NCBI GenBank assembly: GCA_964016885.1
Contig: OZ024754.1
Span: 6,386,001-6,450,000 of the forward strand
DNA length: 64,000 nucleotides
Source: Eledone cirrhosa
Taxonomy: Eukaryota
Reading direction: 5' to 3'
Positions within the stretch are counted from its first letter, which is position 1. Every line of letters starts with the position of its first letter. Under the pieces are notes generated by a model. It was given only the letters and a program-made list of their open reading frames with translations. It did no database searches and was not told the DNA's origin. Both the position numbers and the translations under genes were made by a program. Below are positions 13,811 to 29,330 of the stretch, in pieces.

Positions 13811-14050
13811 TATATATATATATATATATATATTCATATATATATATATATATATTCATATATATATATATATATATTCATATATATATATATATATATA
13901 TATATTCATATATATATATATATTCATATATATATTCATATATATATATATATTCATATATATATTCATATATATATATATATTCATATATATATATATA
14001 TATTCATATATATATATATATATATTCATATATATTATACGATATATATA

Positions 14051-14095
<45 letters not shown>

Positions 14096-14384
14096 GTATA
14101 TATACGTATATATATATATATTTATGTATGTGTTTACATAAAACGTGATAAGAATCTTTAATGATATATATTGATAATGAGATAGAATATGCAAACAATT
14201 GGATGAATATTATCTGGATGTTATCGTTAATATCTGATATGCTATTTTATTCCTGTAACCACCACCAATATGTCTACAAGCATACTGCACATACACACAT
14301 ACATGTAACCATACGCCACACACACACGTGCATACAAGCATACACCACACACATACGCACGCTTATAAGCATACACACATACAC

Positions 14385-14458
<74 letters not shown>

Positions 14459-14968
14459 TGCAGGGAAAACTAGAGATTGGGTTATGATCTACACCAATTT
14501 TGGTAAAAACATGACTTTTGATCATACATACCTGCATACATATGTGTGTGTGTATATATAAATATATATATATATATGTTATATACATATTTATATACAT
14601 ATATAAATATATCTATGTTTATGTATACATATAAATATATATATTCATGTTTATGTATGCATATTTATATATATATATTTATGTATACATATATATATAC
14701 ATATACATATATATATACATATATATATACATATATATATACATATATATATACATATATATATATATATACATACATATATATATATATATACATACAT
14801 ATATATGCATATATACATATACATATCTATCTATCTATGTTTATGCATACATATAGATATAGATATATGTTTATGTATACATATTGATATATATATGTTT
14901 ATGTATACACACGCACACACATTTATATATATATATATACATACACATATATATATATATATATACAT

Positions 14969-15007
<39 letters not shown>

Positions 15008-15514
15008 TATATACATACATACACGTAAGATATCGGATATACAGGAAATATTTTCTATGTAATACTTAATTGGGTGATTACAATTCCGAATTAAACGTAA
15101 TCTCATGCAGACAAACTAAAATTCTATCTTCTAGAATACCTAAACATATAAAAATTTGGAATGGAAGGGGACCTCCGTCGGTTTGGATGAGGAGTGTTTA
15201 TAGTTGTTCGAACAACGTAACAGCTTGCCTCAGAAATTAACATGTAGTTGACTGAGTTTAGGCAAGTCTTTCAACTCTGATCTCTTAGACTAGCTGACTG
15301 CATAATGTCACAGTTCGGTAGTCGATTGGATCTCTCTCTGTACAGACACACACACATATATATATATATATATAGGAACGAGTAGGACCCCGACAGCTGA
15401 GCTCAAGCCGTTTCGACGGCTAATTCTGGACTAAAATTACCCACTCTACTACCTTAAGTGTTGAGTACTTTGGTGCGTTATGGTCCACCTGGTTCCTTAC
15501 CACATTTCCTTCGT

Positions 15515-15588
<74 letters not shown>

Positions 15589-15833
15589 CAGCTTATAAAG
15601 CTTTACTGCATATTACAATTGTTTCGATATCGATCATCTCAGGTTTGATCAGGTGATCGGATTCCGATTCTTAATCAACAACTTCGAGTACTTCGACCAA
15701 CGTTGTCGCTAGAAACTACAAGTTACTCACATACAAGAGATAGCAACATGAATAGACCTGTTATTTTTCTCTAAGAACATTTTTTCCAATTCCACCCCGC
15801 CCGTCCCTTCAATATATTTTATTTCTCATTCTT

Positions 15834-15869
15834 TCTTTTGATGAAGCACTAGCGTCCGAAACGTTAAGA
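15834..15869 (+). ncRNA. Degenerate minimal hammerhead motif
   Basis: TCTT-TTGATGA (C3 mutated)-weak stem II-GAAACGTT-AAGA. Confidence 0.35.
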
Positions 15870-15950
15870 CCCTCTTCCTGCTATTTCAAGCGTTAAACTA
15901 ATATATTCCTTACATCTACTGTACCGATTGTGTTGTTATTTCTGTTTACC

Positions 15951-16026
<76 letters not shown>

Positions 16027-16171
16027 GTATAAACGATAAATTATATGGTTTGTTGATTATTATTCAAGAGAATTAATTTTATAACAGTATTGAAGCACTC
16101 TACAGTTTTATCTGGACTTATACTAGTAAGTTTGCGTTAAGGTATGTCAATATCTTAACACCAAATATTAT

Positions 16172-16229
16172 ATTTTATCTGATGAAAGCTCACTAAAATT
16201 TAGTGTCCTTGAAATACGTATAATAAAAT
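16172..16229 (+). ncRNA. Minimal hammerhead ribozyme motif
   Basis: ATTTTAT-CTGATGA-AAGctCACTAAA/TTTAGTGtcCTT-GAAA-TACGTA (palindrome)-TA-ATAAAAT; same family as the 4.6 kb and 48.8 kb copies. Confidence 0.75.
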
Positions 16230-16261
16230 AAATATGGTATTATAAAGAAATTTTCCATTTA

Positions 16262-16299
<38 letters not shown>

Positions 16300-17003
16300 C
16301 ATATACATACTGATACATAGATATTTATACATACATACACACTCACGCACACACGATATATATATATATATACACATATATACCTATACATATATATATA
16401 CTTTAAATATATATATATATATACCTATACATATATATATGTATACATACAATATAAATATATACATACAATATAAATATATATATATATACATACAATA
16501 TAAATATATATATATATACATACAATATAAATATATATATATATACATACAATATAAATATATATATATACATACAATATAAATATATATATATACATAG
16601 AATATAAATATATATACATATACATATACATAGATACACTATGAATATATATATAAATATGCACATTTATACTTACACTATATACATATATATATACATG
16701 TACCTATTCATATATTTATACATACATACATTCGCAAACATACACACACACACACATATATAACTGTGTCTGTGTTTGTATATATATATATATATATATA
16801 GGTCTAAATATTAATAACTACAGTAAATAGATGACCTTTCAGAATCGGAGGGTATATATAAACAATTAATGATTCCGCTGACCTTTTATTGCAACAATAT
16901 AAAGAAAACCTTAAGTGGTGTGAGTTAATTGATTTGAGGTCTGTTTAAAATAACCCTTCCCACACAACAATCCAGGCTTGAAATCAAGAACCGTATTTTG
17001 TTA

Positions 17004-17045
<42 letters not shown>

Positions 17046-17091
17046 TATAATATAATATAATATATCCATACATATAATATATATCTATCTC

Positions 17092-17452
17092 TAGGGCGGG
17101 TAAAATTCCAGAGATCGATAGACGAGTTCTCTCTAGCGGTCTCTGTCCCTCATCATCGTTGCCATCTCCTGCGCCTCCAAAAGACCAGTGTCTGTCCTTA
17201 GGGCATCAACATATGTCAACCTTGGTCTTGCTCTTCTAGTGTGTCCATGCAGGGGGGGTCCCACAGGAGCACTGAGTGCAGTGTCAACTCTGGATGTCGG
17301 TGAGCATGTCCAGCTAACCTCAGTCTCCTCTGTGCTACTCTCGAGATGACTTTTGGGAGGCTCCCATACAGCTCTGAGTCCTTCATCCTCAGTGTATACT
17401 GATTAATGTTCAGAGCCATCCTCAGCATTCTCGTGTAGTACCCATCCACCAT
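17092..17452 (-). mobile_element. RTE-like LINE 3' fragment
   Basis: DGYYTRMLRMALNI...RRLRLAGHAHRHPE...LLWDP; related 3' end at 52133-52281. Confidence 0.75.
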
Positions 17453-18010
17453 AGAGAGAGAGAGAGAGAGATAATAGAATTTAGCTTCAGGCATAGCTAT
17501 ATACAGACATGTATAGACATTTCGTATTTCTAAAGAAACACGGTATGTTTACAGGTAAACATTTAGAAAGCCATAGCTATGCAAAAAACAAAAAAAAAAC
17601 AAAAAAAAAAACACCGGGGCTAACGCCGTCTGGTGGTGTCGAGCAGAAGCAAGAGGGGGGACAATGGTCGATGCATTTCGGACTTAACTGGTCCTTATCA
17701 GCACGATCCCTCTCACACTTGCGACTGCTGGTCTTGAAAACAGTCAGGGAGTGTAACATGCTGTTAATGTAGGTTAACCTAAGTGAGTACTGGATGTGTA
17801 GTTTCCCGTCTGTAAACGAGGTGTAGAACTAAACAGAGTGTAAATATAATACTAAAAGGACGAATTGTTATGCCTTCATTATGTTTATTGAGTAGTGACA
17901 CGCGTTTCGCTATTGATCAGCTCATGGTTCAATCTGTATCGATCTGGCCTGACTCCGGAATCAAAAGCTTTACAATTCGTCCTTTTATTACCTTATATAT
18001 ATATATATAA

Positions 18011-18049
<39 letters not shown>

Positions 18050-19005
18050 TATATAAAACGAATCCACTGACAGGAATAATTTTTATTGTTTTATTTCTAC
18101 TGAACTTTATTTCCTACACCGAGTTCATCTGTTGCAAAGCAAGGCTGGTGGATTGACAGAATCATTAGAGCTTCGGACAAAACGATTTGCAAGCATTTAG
18201 CTAGAGCCCCTTAAGTTCTGAGTTCAAATCCGGCCAAGGTAAACTTTGCCTTTCATTTTTCTGGGGTCAATAACGAAGAGTACCAGTTTCTCTCTACCCA
18301 GAAATTGCCCGCCTTGTGTCTTAATTAGAAATAGTTTCCTCCGAAGAAAGATGTGAAGCAAATCCCTTGCGCCAACAGCACCGTGTCCAAAGTATCATTT
18401 AAATATGAAACATGATTTAAAAACCTTTGCTAAGTGGTGCAACTGAGTTAGAGATGACCTGGGCCACAACAGGCAGAAACCTATCAAAGTTGTTACAAAC
18501 TCATATACATATTATGTACACACACACACACATATATAGGCATATATACATACATATATATAGATAAATATGCACACACACACACACACACATATATATA
18601 TACATACATATACATAAATACATATATACACACATACATATACACACACATATATACACACACACATACACACACGCATATATATACACACATACACACA
18701 CGCATATATACACACACATACACACGCATATATATACACACATACACACACGCATATATATACACACATACACACACGCATATATATACACACTTACACA
18801 CGCATATATATACACACAAAGACACACGCATATATATACACACATACACACGCATATATATACACACATACACACACGCATATATATACACATACACACA
18901 CGCATATATATATATGCACGCGTGTGTTTATATATATATAAAAAAATGTATATTTATTTCTATTTATCTCATTCGCCCTCTCTCACTCTCCCCCCCTCTC
19001 TCTCT

Positions 19006-19040
<35 letters not shown>

Positions 19041-19665
19041 GCACATATGTATGTATACGTGTGTACACCTACATACATACAAACAACTTTAATCACATAT
19101 AATTTGCGTTTTATTTCGGTAAGCTAAAAACTAAACACTCAAAAAGAGACCCCCCCCCCCTCCTCAGTTTACCTTCTTGTCTTTCTTCTCGATTTCCAAA
19201 CTTTGTTTATCATTGTAATAAGATATTAAAATTGATTAAACTATTTTTGTCTTTCCTGACGTGGCATATGTTATACTTAAATTGTGCAAGAAGGACATGT
19301 AATATCTATTTCATTTCTTCGCAATTTCCTTTTAGAATTTCGATAATTTAAAAAAAAAAATTTTTATTTTTTAAATTTATGCTGCAAAGCATGGCGTCCG
19401 ACCCTCCACAGATAATTGTTTCTACTTTAGGCACAAGGCCAGCAATTACCCAGTGCATTACTGGTACTTTATTTTATCGACCCCGTAAGGATGAAAAGCA
19501 AAGTCAACCTCAGCGGGATTTGAACTCAGATCATAAAAGGACGTAACTATGCTGGAAAGCATGGCTTCCGACCCTCCACAGATAATGCCAATCCACCAGA
19601 ATAATAATCCACGTAAGATATGGGCACGCAAGGTATGGGTTCTACTGAAATAAATCGTGTTTTAC

Positions 19666-19812
19666 CTTATATACACTGTGTCTCTCGCTGATATTGTCAA
19701 ATATTGTATACATGGAATTGAGTAAACCAACAACTTCCATCGGAGTAATCATACTGCAGATGCTAGTAAAACCGACAACATCACTGAACAGAATCGTTAC
19801 ACTATCGAACAT
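19666..19812 (-). CDS. Gyc88E: sGC exon (start of class III cyclase catalytic domain)
   Basis: tttcag|ATG...AAG|gtaaaa; 147 nt; [49 protein letters not shown]; not in the ORF track. Confidence 0.95.
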
Positions 19813-19882
19813 CTGAAATTATAGAAATATGAATAAAAAGATGAATAATATAGACAGGTATATTTATATATATGAAGGCGCA

Positions 19883-20030
19883 TGAAGGCGCATGGCTTAG
19901 TGGTTAGAGCATTGGGCTTGCAATCGAAAGGTTGTGAGTTCAATTCTCGGACCGGGTGATGCGTTGTTTCCTTGAGCAAGACACTTTATTTCACGTTGCT
20001 CCAGTTTACTCAGCTGTAGAAATGAGTACT
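19883..20030 (+). mobile_element. Second tRNA-derived SINE family
   Basis: TGGCTTAGTGGTTAG...GAGTTCAATTC head then CCTTGAGCAAGACACTTTATTTCAC; minus-strand copies near 12630, 28570, 32785 and 52780. Confidence 0.7.
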
Positions 20031-20195
20031 GGCCTGCACCCCCAGCCAGTGGGATGGCGTTATCTTATGGCTAAAACAGCACGACGTGCTATGACCAGCG
20101 GCGCCGATTAGGGCCCGACAGACTGGTCGGTCAAGGTGATAGTTATAAATATATATATTTGTTGAATTACCAACAAATTAAATATCCCTTTTGCT

Positions 20196-20270
<75 letters not shown>

Positions 20271-20283
20271 GCATGTATTTATA

Positions 20284-20407
20284 CAGGGTGTCCCAAAAGT
20301 CGCAATACATAGGACATTTTTAATTTTCCATGTTTATTTATTTTGAATAAATTGTTTCTTATAAAACAATTTTTTTTTAAATGTATCGCGATTTTTGGGC
20401 CACCCTA
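20284..20407. mobile_element. Tc1/mariner-type MITE
   Basis: TIR CAGGGTGTCCCAAAAGTCGC / GCGATTTTTGGGCCACCCT with TA flanks. Confidence 0.6.
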
Positions 20408-20665
20408 TATAATATATACCCACATGTATATGTATATGGGGTGAGAGTTAAAAGAAGAACTAGAAAGATAGACAAGAGTAAGAAGAGGGAGAAACATATT
20501 CAGAGCTTCTGGTCTCTCATACCTTGAAGGGGATTAACAATTGAACCCCAACAAGTAGGTACATGTTTCCCAGCCTTGGGTAGGATAATCTTTTGACAGA
20601 AAGCTGAAACGAATGTCGCAAAACGTTTTGGTATTTTATCCGACGCCAGAACTCCTCTGCTAATT

Positions 20666-20825
20666 TTCAGCCCTATTTACAATATAAACATGCAACCCAA
20701 TTCAGGTGTGCAATATGTAGACCCATGTGTTAAATAAATCGATGGAGAAATTATCTCTCTTACTTCACATATATCTAACGAGTCCTCATTATCTCTCAAA
20801 CGATCAGCCACACTTTTGGGAATCA
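20666..20825 (-). pseudogene. Diverged local duplicate of the 3' part of the coiled-coil exon plus its donor and intron start
   Basis: Matches about 20972-21140; translates [20 protein letters not shown]|gtaaga; no acceptor, its 5' side abuts SINE sequence. Confidence 0.85.
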
Positions 20826-21078
20826 AATGCAAAGCATGGTGTCCGACTCTCTACCGATACTGTCAATCCATCACTGTTGTGAGTGAAATAATGGTTTCTT
20901 ATATAGGCACAAGGCCAGCAATTTGGGGGAGGGAAAAGTCGATTAAATGGACCCCAGTGTATTACTGGTGCTTTTCAGCCCTATTTACAATATAAGCATA
21001 GAGTATGCAACCAAATTTAGGTGTGCAATATCTAGACCCATGTGTTAAATAAATCGATGGAGAAATCTTCTCTCTTAC

Positions 21079-21225
21079 CTCACATGTATCTAACGAGTCC
21101 TCACCATCTCTCAAACGATCAGCCACACTTTTGGGAATCATTTGATAAAGTAACGAATCCGTCCGTTTCATCTCTTTGTCTAGACGCTGCATACTTTTCT
21201 CTAAAATGGCGCTCTTTAGTTTCTC
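21079..21225 (-). CDS. Gyc88E: sGC exon (coiled coil/signalling helix)
   Basis: ttacag|GAG...GAG|gtaaga; 147 nt; [49 protein letters not shown]. Confidence 0.95.
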
Positions 21226-22437
21226 CTGTAAAAGAAAACAAAAAAAAATCATAGTTAATTTGTTGTTAGTTATTTTATTACGTAGACGCAACATGACTGA
21301 ATGGTTAAGCAGTTTTCTTCGCAATCGTGAGATCCCGTGTTCGATTTTACTTTGAGGCACCTTAGGCCAGTGTTGTTTACCATAGCCTAGAGTCTACCCT
21401 TACCTTGTGAGTGAAATAATGATTTCTAGTATAGGCACCAGGCTAGTAATTTGGTGGGGAGGAGAAAGTCGATTAAAACGACTCCAGTGCGTGATTGGTA
21501 CTTTATTTTATCGACCCCGTAAGGATGAAAGGCAAAGTTAACCTCGGCGTGATTTAAACTCAGATCATAAAGGACCGTAACTCTATGCTGCAAAGCATGG
21601 CATCCGACTCTCTACCGATACTGCCAATCCACCGCCCTTTGTGAGTGAAATAATTGTTTCTACTTTAGGCACAAGGCCAGCAATTACCCAGTGCATTACT
21701 GGTACTTTATTTTATCGACCCCGTGAGGATGAAAGGCAAAGTCAACCTCGGCGGGATTTGAACTCAGATCATAAAGGGACGTAACTATGCTGGAAAGCAT
21801 GGCGTCCGACCCTCTACCGATACTGCCATGAAATAATGAAAACAGAAATTGTTTGGAAACCAGTCGGATAAACTGTACCGGTAAATCATAGGGCCAGCCT
21901 TACTACTACTACTACTACTACTACTACTACACTCACTGTGTCATGCTGAATCTCCCTGAGAATTATTTTAAACGTACACGTGTCTGTAGAATTTCATGAG
22001 CAGCTTGTTCCGTTGATCGAACTACTGGAGCAATCAATGTCTAAACCGACGGAGGCCCATTGCAGGACACATTGCGGAATATTATGTTTGAATAAACGAT
22101 GGGTTGGTCTTGTTTCAAACACCATTGACCATACGTTTGCTTGATCAGAGGCTGACGTGGCGTTTAAAGCACCTCATTCGTTCCCCACCCCACCCCAAAG
22201 GAATTTAGCAGAGTAACTGGCTTAGAATGACATTTTAGAAGGTAATATGGACAATCTAAATTTAGAACAGTGAAAAATGAAATAATTGTTTCTATTTTAG
22301 GCACAAGGCCAGCAATTACCGAGTACATTACTGGTACTTTATTTTATCGACTCCGTAAGGAAGAAAGGCAAAGTTAACCTCGGCGGGATTTGAACTCAGT
22401 GGGATTTGAACTCAGTGAAAAATGAAATAGGTCTTAC

Positions 22438-22567
22438 CTGGTCAAGAGCAAGTTTAAGTTCTGCTGATTGTTGATGTCCAGCCAAGACAAGATCTCGGCT
22501 GCAGTCATGCATACTGAGGTCATTGATAAAAAGACCAGTGGCAAACATATTGTCCAATGATTTCATC
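22438..22567 (-). CDS. Gyc88E: sGC exon (H-NOBA into coiled coil)
   Basis: ttacag|G...CAG|gtaaga; 130 nt; [43 protein letters not shown]; [25 protein letters not shown] matches the Gyc88E type. Confidence 0.95.
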
Positions 22568-22579
22568 CTGTAAAAGTAT

Positions 22580-22628
<49 letters not shown>

Positions 22629-22684
22629 TAAAAAAGAAGTATAATTCAACAGAGTAAAATTAGCTTCGTTTATTCACATTAAAA

Positions 22685-23741
<1,057 letters not shown>

Positions 23742-23748
23742 ATATATG

Positions 23749-23779
<31 letters not shown>

Positions 23780-24399
23780 AAAAGTAATAACAAAAATAAC
23801 AAAACAAACAGCACAGTACATTGAAGAAATATATTAGTTTAACACTTGAAATAGCAGAGAATTTGAATTTGTATTGAGAAATTTCAACTGTAAATGCAAA
23901 ATGCATGAGAGCCACCATTCTGATGCCTCGTTTACGAATGTTCATTAGTGGCAGAGTTTCGTGTTATATTTACATAGCTTAGTACTTGATAAAATCTTTT
24001 ATGTTTTGCTAAACTGTAAGTTGGACGTCTTTTAGCTGCCAGACGTTAGTTGATAATGAGGTGTTATTCTTTTCCTCATTATGCTTAAATGTAAAAATGT
24101 TGCTATCATCGTTGTTTGCCGTTGGCCTTATTTACGATCGAGAACACGAATCAGTATTCATTCACACACACATATATGTACACACACATATATGTACACA
24201 CACACACACGCACACACACACACGCACACACATGTATATGTATATATATAAATGGATATATATATGTATATATATGAGTATATATAAATGTATATATATA
24301 TATATATGTATATATATGTGTATGTATATGTATATATATTTATGTATATGGATATACATATATATATATATATGTATATGGATATATATATATGTATAT

Positions 24400-24441
<42 letters not shown>

Positions 24442-24517
24442 GGATATATATAAATATATATATATATTATATGGATATATATATGTATATGGATATACAT
24501 AAATATATATATTATAT

Positions 24518-24555
<38 letters not shown>

Positions 24556-25035
24556 GGATATATATATATGTATGTATATGGATATATATATATATATATA
24601 TATGTATATGGATATATATATATGTATATGGATATATATATATATATATATGTATATGGATATATATATATATATATATATGGATATATATATATATATA
24701 TGTATATGGATATATATATATATATATATGGATATATATGTATATGGATATATATATGTATATGGATATATATATATATATATATATGGATATATATATA
24801 TGGATATATATATATATGGCTATATATATGTATATATATATATGGATATATATATATGGATATATATACATATGGATATATATATGTATATATATATATG
24901 TATATATATATATGGATATATATATATGGATATATATATGGATATATATATATTTGTATATATATGTATATGGATATATATATATATATATATATATGTA
25001 TATGTATAATATATACATATATTTATATATATATG

Positions 25036-25070
<35 letters not shown>

Positions 25071-25314
25071 GTATATATATATATATCCATATACATATAT
25101 ATATATACATATACATATATATATATATATATATATATTCATCTGAAGTAGCCTATAGCCTACTCAATACTCTTTGATGTTCGAATTGAATTTGTGTATC
25201 AAAGGTACTAGATTTGATTTGATTTTAATAAGACGGGAACAGAGATCAAAGAAATGGAGAAAAAACCGCACCAGGTAAACATACAACAAATACTATTTCT
25301 CTATGCTGTGTAAG

Positions 25315-25490
25315 TCAGAAAGATGTGTTTACATCATCTATTATTGTAGAGATTGTTTCAGTTTGCAAAATCCACATATTAGTTATCTTTAGATCTAAAT
25401 CTTTATATTTGGATAATTTCTCCATCCCTTTGAGAGACATATTATCGTCTGTTCGCACTGATGCTTCAATCACGAGATATTTCCTTTCTT
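25315..25490 (-). mobile_element. Fragment of a non-LTR retrotransposon restriction-like endonuclease domain (R4/Dong-like)
   Basis: LVIEASVRTDDNMSLKGMEKLSKYKDL...MW resembles D..VP.D.N...KE.EK..KY.DL. Confidence 0.55.
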
Positions 25491-26403
25491 GGTGATCCTC
25501 GACAGGTTTTCTTTCTTTCTTAACATTCTGAGTTTCAATCCCGCCGAGTTTAGCTTTGCCTTTCAACCCTACAGGGTGGATAAAATAAAGTACCAGTACA
25601 GTAATGCACTAGGGTCGATTTACCCCCCCCCCCCAATCCTTCAAATTGCTGGCCTTGTGCCAAAAGTAGAAACAATTATTACTTTGGAGAAAATGCTTTG
25701 CAGTCTTTATTTCGGCTCATTACATTATGTGTTGAAATTCTGGCGAGGTTAACTTTGCCTTTCATGCTTCCACGATCTATAAAATTAAGTACCAGTAATA
25801 TATTAAGGCTGATATAATCTACTTAACCCCGCCCCCACACCCCAAATTGCTGGCCTTATCCCAGATGTAGAAAAACGAGGATTGTATTGTAGATTGGCAG
25901 CATCGGTAGAACGTCGGACAAAATGCAATGCGTTTTTTTAGCTACGACTTTGTACTTTCTGAGTTCAAATCCCACCGAGGTTAACTTTGCCTTTCTTCCT
26001 TCCGGGGTCGATATTAAAAAATATGAGACAAGTACCGGGATCGATAAAATCGACTTTTCCTTCCCCTGAAATTCTAGTATTGTGCCATATTTTGAAATTA
26101 TTAGTATTACCTCGGACAAAATGCCTTGCAGTGTTTGTTTTGGCTGTTTACGTTCTGTGTTCAAAGTTCAACTCAACAAATTCAACTGAACTTTGCTTTT
26201 CGTCCTTTCAAGGTCTATATAATAAAGTACCAGTGATATACTGGGGTTGATGTAATCGACTTCCCTCTCCTCAAAAAAAAAAAAAAAAAAATTGTTGGCC
26301 CTGTGCTTAAATTAGAAACTCTTGTTTACGTAGTTATAGTAGTTATATATTCTCAACTTCAACTCTGGGTTTACGATAAATCAGAAATTAGATAGATACT
26401 TAC

Positions 26404-26497
26404 ACAGGAGTTCCAAGAAACATCAAACAATCCCAATCTTTCACCATCATCATTTGCCCTTTCAAGTACAACCGGGTATCACCGTGCAACACGTCAT
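26404..26497 (-). CDS. Gyc88E: sGC exon (PAS/H-NOBA)
   Basis: attag|AT...CCTGT|gtaagt; 94 nt; DVLHGDTRLYLKGQMMMVKDWDCLMFLGTP; LKGQM and FLGTP motifs; phases 1 and 2 fit neighbours. Confidence 0.93.
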
Positions 26498-26949
26498 CTA
26501 ATTTACAAAAACAAAAACAAATAATTAAAACAAAACAAATCTAAAACAAAAAAGAGGAGATAAAAGATTATAATCTCAGAACAGAATTTATAGCGTTTTC
26601 AGTTGATTTTCTCTGTTTAAATTTCAGGGGAGGTGGAGTTGGGGGAGCCACGGGGACCATGTCTCCCCCCCCCCGCTCCCCCCCCCCCCAGATTATATTT
26701 TTCTTCCCAAACTACCAAAACACACATCTATTTGTATATGCGCTACGATTTATGTACATGTTATGTTTATTGCATATTGAAGTTTTTTTATATCTTGTTA
26801 TATGGATGCTTTCGTCCAAACAACGAAAGTACCTTGATGGCACCTACACTACTACTACTACTACCTTGATGGCACCTACACTACTACTACTACTACTACT
26901 ACTACCTTGATGGCACCTACACTACTACTACTACCACCTCCACCTTGAT

Positions 26950-27389
26950 GGCACTTACACACGCCTGCTTCAACGCATTCAGAACTTAAGCTGGCTACAT
27001 TTGACTTTGAAAGAAATATATGCCGGCCACCCACGCATATCTGTCGTTGTACGTAGGAGGAGAGTAAGATTTGCTGACCACTGCCATCGTGCCCCCTATG
27101 AGGCTGTGTCCCCATTAGTGCTTTGGAAACCACAAGCAGTCACTAATAACAGGGGGCGCAAGCTCTCCTATCCCAATTTTCTGGCCACTGCCATCGTGCC
27201 CCTTATGAGGCTATGTCTCCATTAGTGCTTTGGAAACCACAAACAGTCATTAATAACAGGGGGCGCAAGCTCTCCTATCCCGATGTCATCTCCAGAGATT
27301 CTGGTATTGAAATCCAGGACTTGGCAACGGCAATGAACGACAGACCCACGTGGAGATCAATTATTGAGTCCATTTCGGTTGAGGCCGCC

Positions 27390-27423
<34 letters not shown>
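26950..27423 (+). mobile_element. RTE-like LINE 3' fragment with internal duplication and (GAT)n tail
   Basis: RRRRVRFADHCHRA...LVLWKP...RGRKLSYPDVI...MNDRPTWR, stop, then (GAT)n. Confidence 0.75.
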
Positions 27424-27980
27424 ATCTTGGTTGATATTTGATAATGGTTTCTTATATAGGCACAAGGCCAGCAATTTAGGGGGAGGAGAGATTCGATTAA
27501 ATCAACCCCAGTGCATGACTGGTACTTTATTTTATCGACCCCGTAAGGATGAAAGGCAAAGTTAACCTCGGCGGGATTTGAACTCAGATCATAAAGGGCC
27601 GTAACTCTATGCTGCAAAGTGGTTGATATTTGATAATAACAGCTAAACTAATCACTAAAACTAAATTGACCAAATTTAGCTCCTCCCCCAATTCAGAAAT
27701 GCTTCCAGCGCCCCTGAATTTGTATATATTATCTAAAAAAAAAATTATTTCTAATTTATACACAAGGTCAGCAGATTTATAAAAAGGGGAAAGCCGATTA
27801 AATCGACCCCAGTACTTGATGTTACTTTATTTTAACGAGCTCGGAAGAATGAAAGCTAGAGTTAACTTTATTTTGTAGAAAGACAGAAACGTTATTTTTT
27901 GCTTGTGCTACAACCCTACGAACACGGAACTGGGTGACACACACATACGCACACACAAACGAACACACGCACACACACAC

Positions 27981-28032
<52 letters not shown>

Positions 28033-28363
28033 TATATATATATAAATGGAAGTTCAGTATAATCGAAGCTCTGGCTGCAGCTAAGCTAACGAATGCAATC
28101 GGAATGTGCAGCTAAGCACTCAATCAGGTATTTTACCTTAGAGTAATAACATTACGTTTAGACAGCTTTGCAAATAGAAGATTGCGACCTGTAAGCCAGC
28201 CGCGGGGACCAAAGCAACGAGAAAACTGACTCAGGAAATATATATATATATATATATATGAATGTATGTATAGTATATTTGTCAATATACTGTATGTTTA
28301 ATTAAAAACATTTAGAAGACCATACGCTATCGGTTTTAAAGTAGTGACTATGTCACTTACTTC

Positions 28364-28453
28364 TTTTCGGCGAAAGCAGCGGAGAGACAGCTTGACAGTT
28401 TCACGCTGGTTGGCGTTCATCAGAACCATGTACTCCGCTGCTTTCGCCAAAAA
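28364..28453 (-). ncRNA. Hammerhead-like motif enclosed by a ~20 bp GC-rich stem
   Basis: Minus strand CTGATGA-ACGC/GCGT-GAAACTGTC, inside GGCGAAAGCAGCGGAG/CTCCGCTGCTTTCGCC; proximal stem I and stem III imperfect. Confidence 0.5.
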
Positions 28454-28875
28454 TTATAGAAGCTGGATTCTTATAGAATTCCAGTAATAATCAGGTTTTT
28501 GATTACATATATATATATATATATATATATGAAGAGACCAAGCAGAAACATTGACATCACTGCCACTTTTCTACTGAGTGAACTGGAGCAACGTGAAATA
28601 GTGTCTTGCTCAAAGACACTTAGTAAGAGGTGAATAAACGTACAGTGTTGGTTTAACTATAATTTAGATGTCTATATAGATAATGTGAATTCCGCATTTT
28701 TAAAACCCTTTTGAAACGAAACCCACCCCTAAGCAACCCCGAGTTTATGATAGAAAACTTTTTAAGGTGTTTATGTTTATCTAAAAAAAAAACAAAAAAA
28801 CCTTCAAGCATAATTTTATTTAAGAACGTTTGTTAAGTTACGTTCCAAACACCGAAAAAGTTTGTTATACTACTA

Positions 28876-29072
28876 CAGACCTGTCAACGTTACCCGTCCG
28901 ACGGGGGAGATTTCCCCGTTTTGGCTCATTTCTCCCAGTCTCCCCGTTCTTATGAAAATGGGTATAGAATTAATTATGCAAAATATCCCCATTTTGCCCC
29001 ATTTCTTCCCGTTTCTGGGCACTTTTTTTCATGGTATTCCCCCCTTTGGGTTTTTAGAGGTTGGCAGATCTG
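28876..29072. mobile_element. MITE
   Basis: TIR CAGACCTGTCAAC / GTTGGCAGATCTG; TSD unclear. Confidence 0.5.
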
Positions 29073-29330
29073 TTACTATATCACTAAATCCCGTCCAAAA
29101 CTCTTTTTTTATTTTCAAAATTATTTCAAAATCACAGGCAATGATGTCTTTCATGAGAAATATGGCAACGAAAGGGTTTAGGGAATTTTACGAGCCATCG
29201 CGGCATCGCATTATACAGAGAAATCCCAAATGAAATATCCATTACAATAGCTGCTACATTGTCATACGAACGTCCTCTCGCCAAACTGTAAGGCACAACT
29301 ACAGAATATGTTGTTAGGTAAATAACATAC

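Noticed and set aside
17850-17990. GCGAAACGCGT hammerhead half in a short inverted-end element (relative at about 55170-55270)
   Set aside because: No CUGANGA box or stem I pairing
19883-19960. tRNA gene
   Set aside because: tRNA-like head continues into a SINE body; no proper cloverleaf or terminator
28340-28460. Extra sGC exon ending at a GTAAGT donor near 28360
   Set aside because: The required phase-1 frame contains a stop; the flanking exons already join in frame
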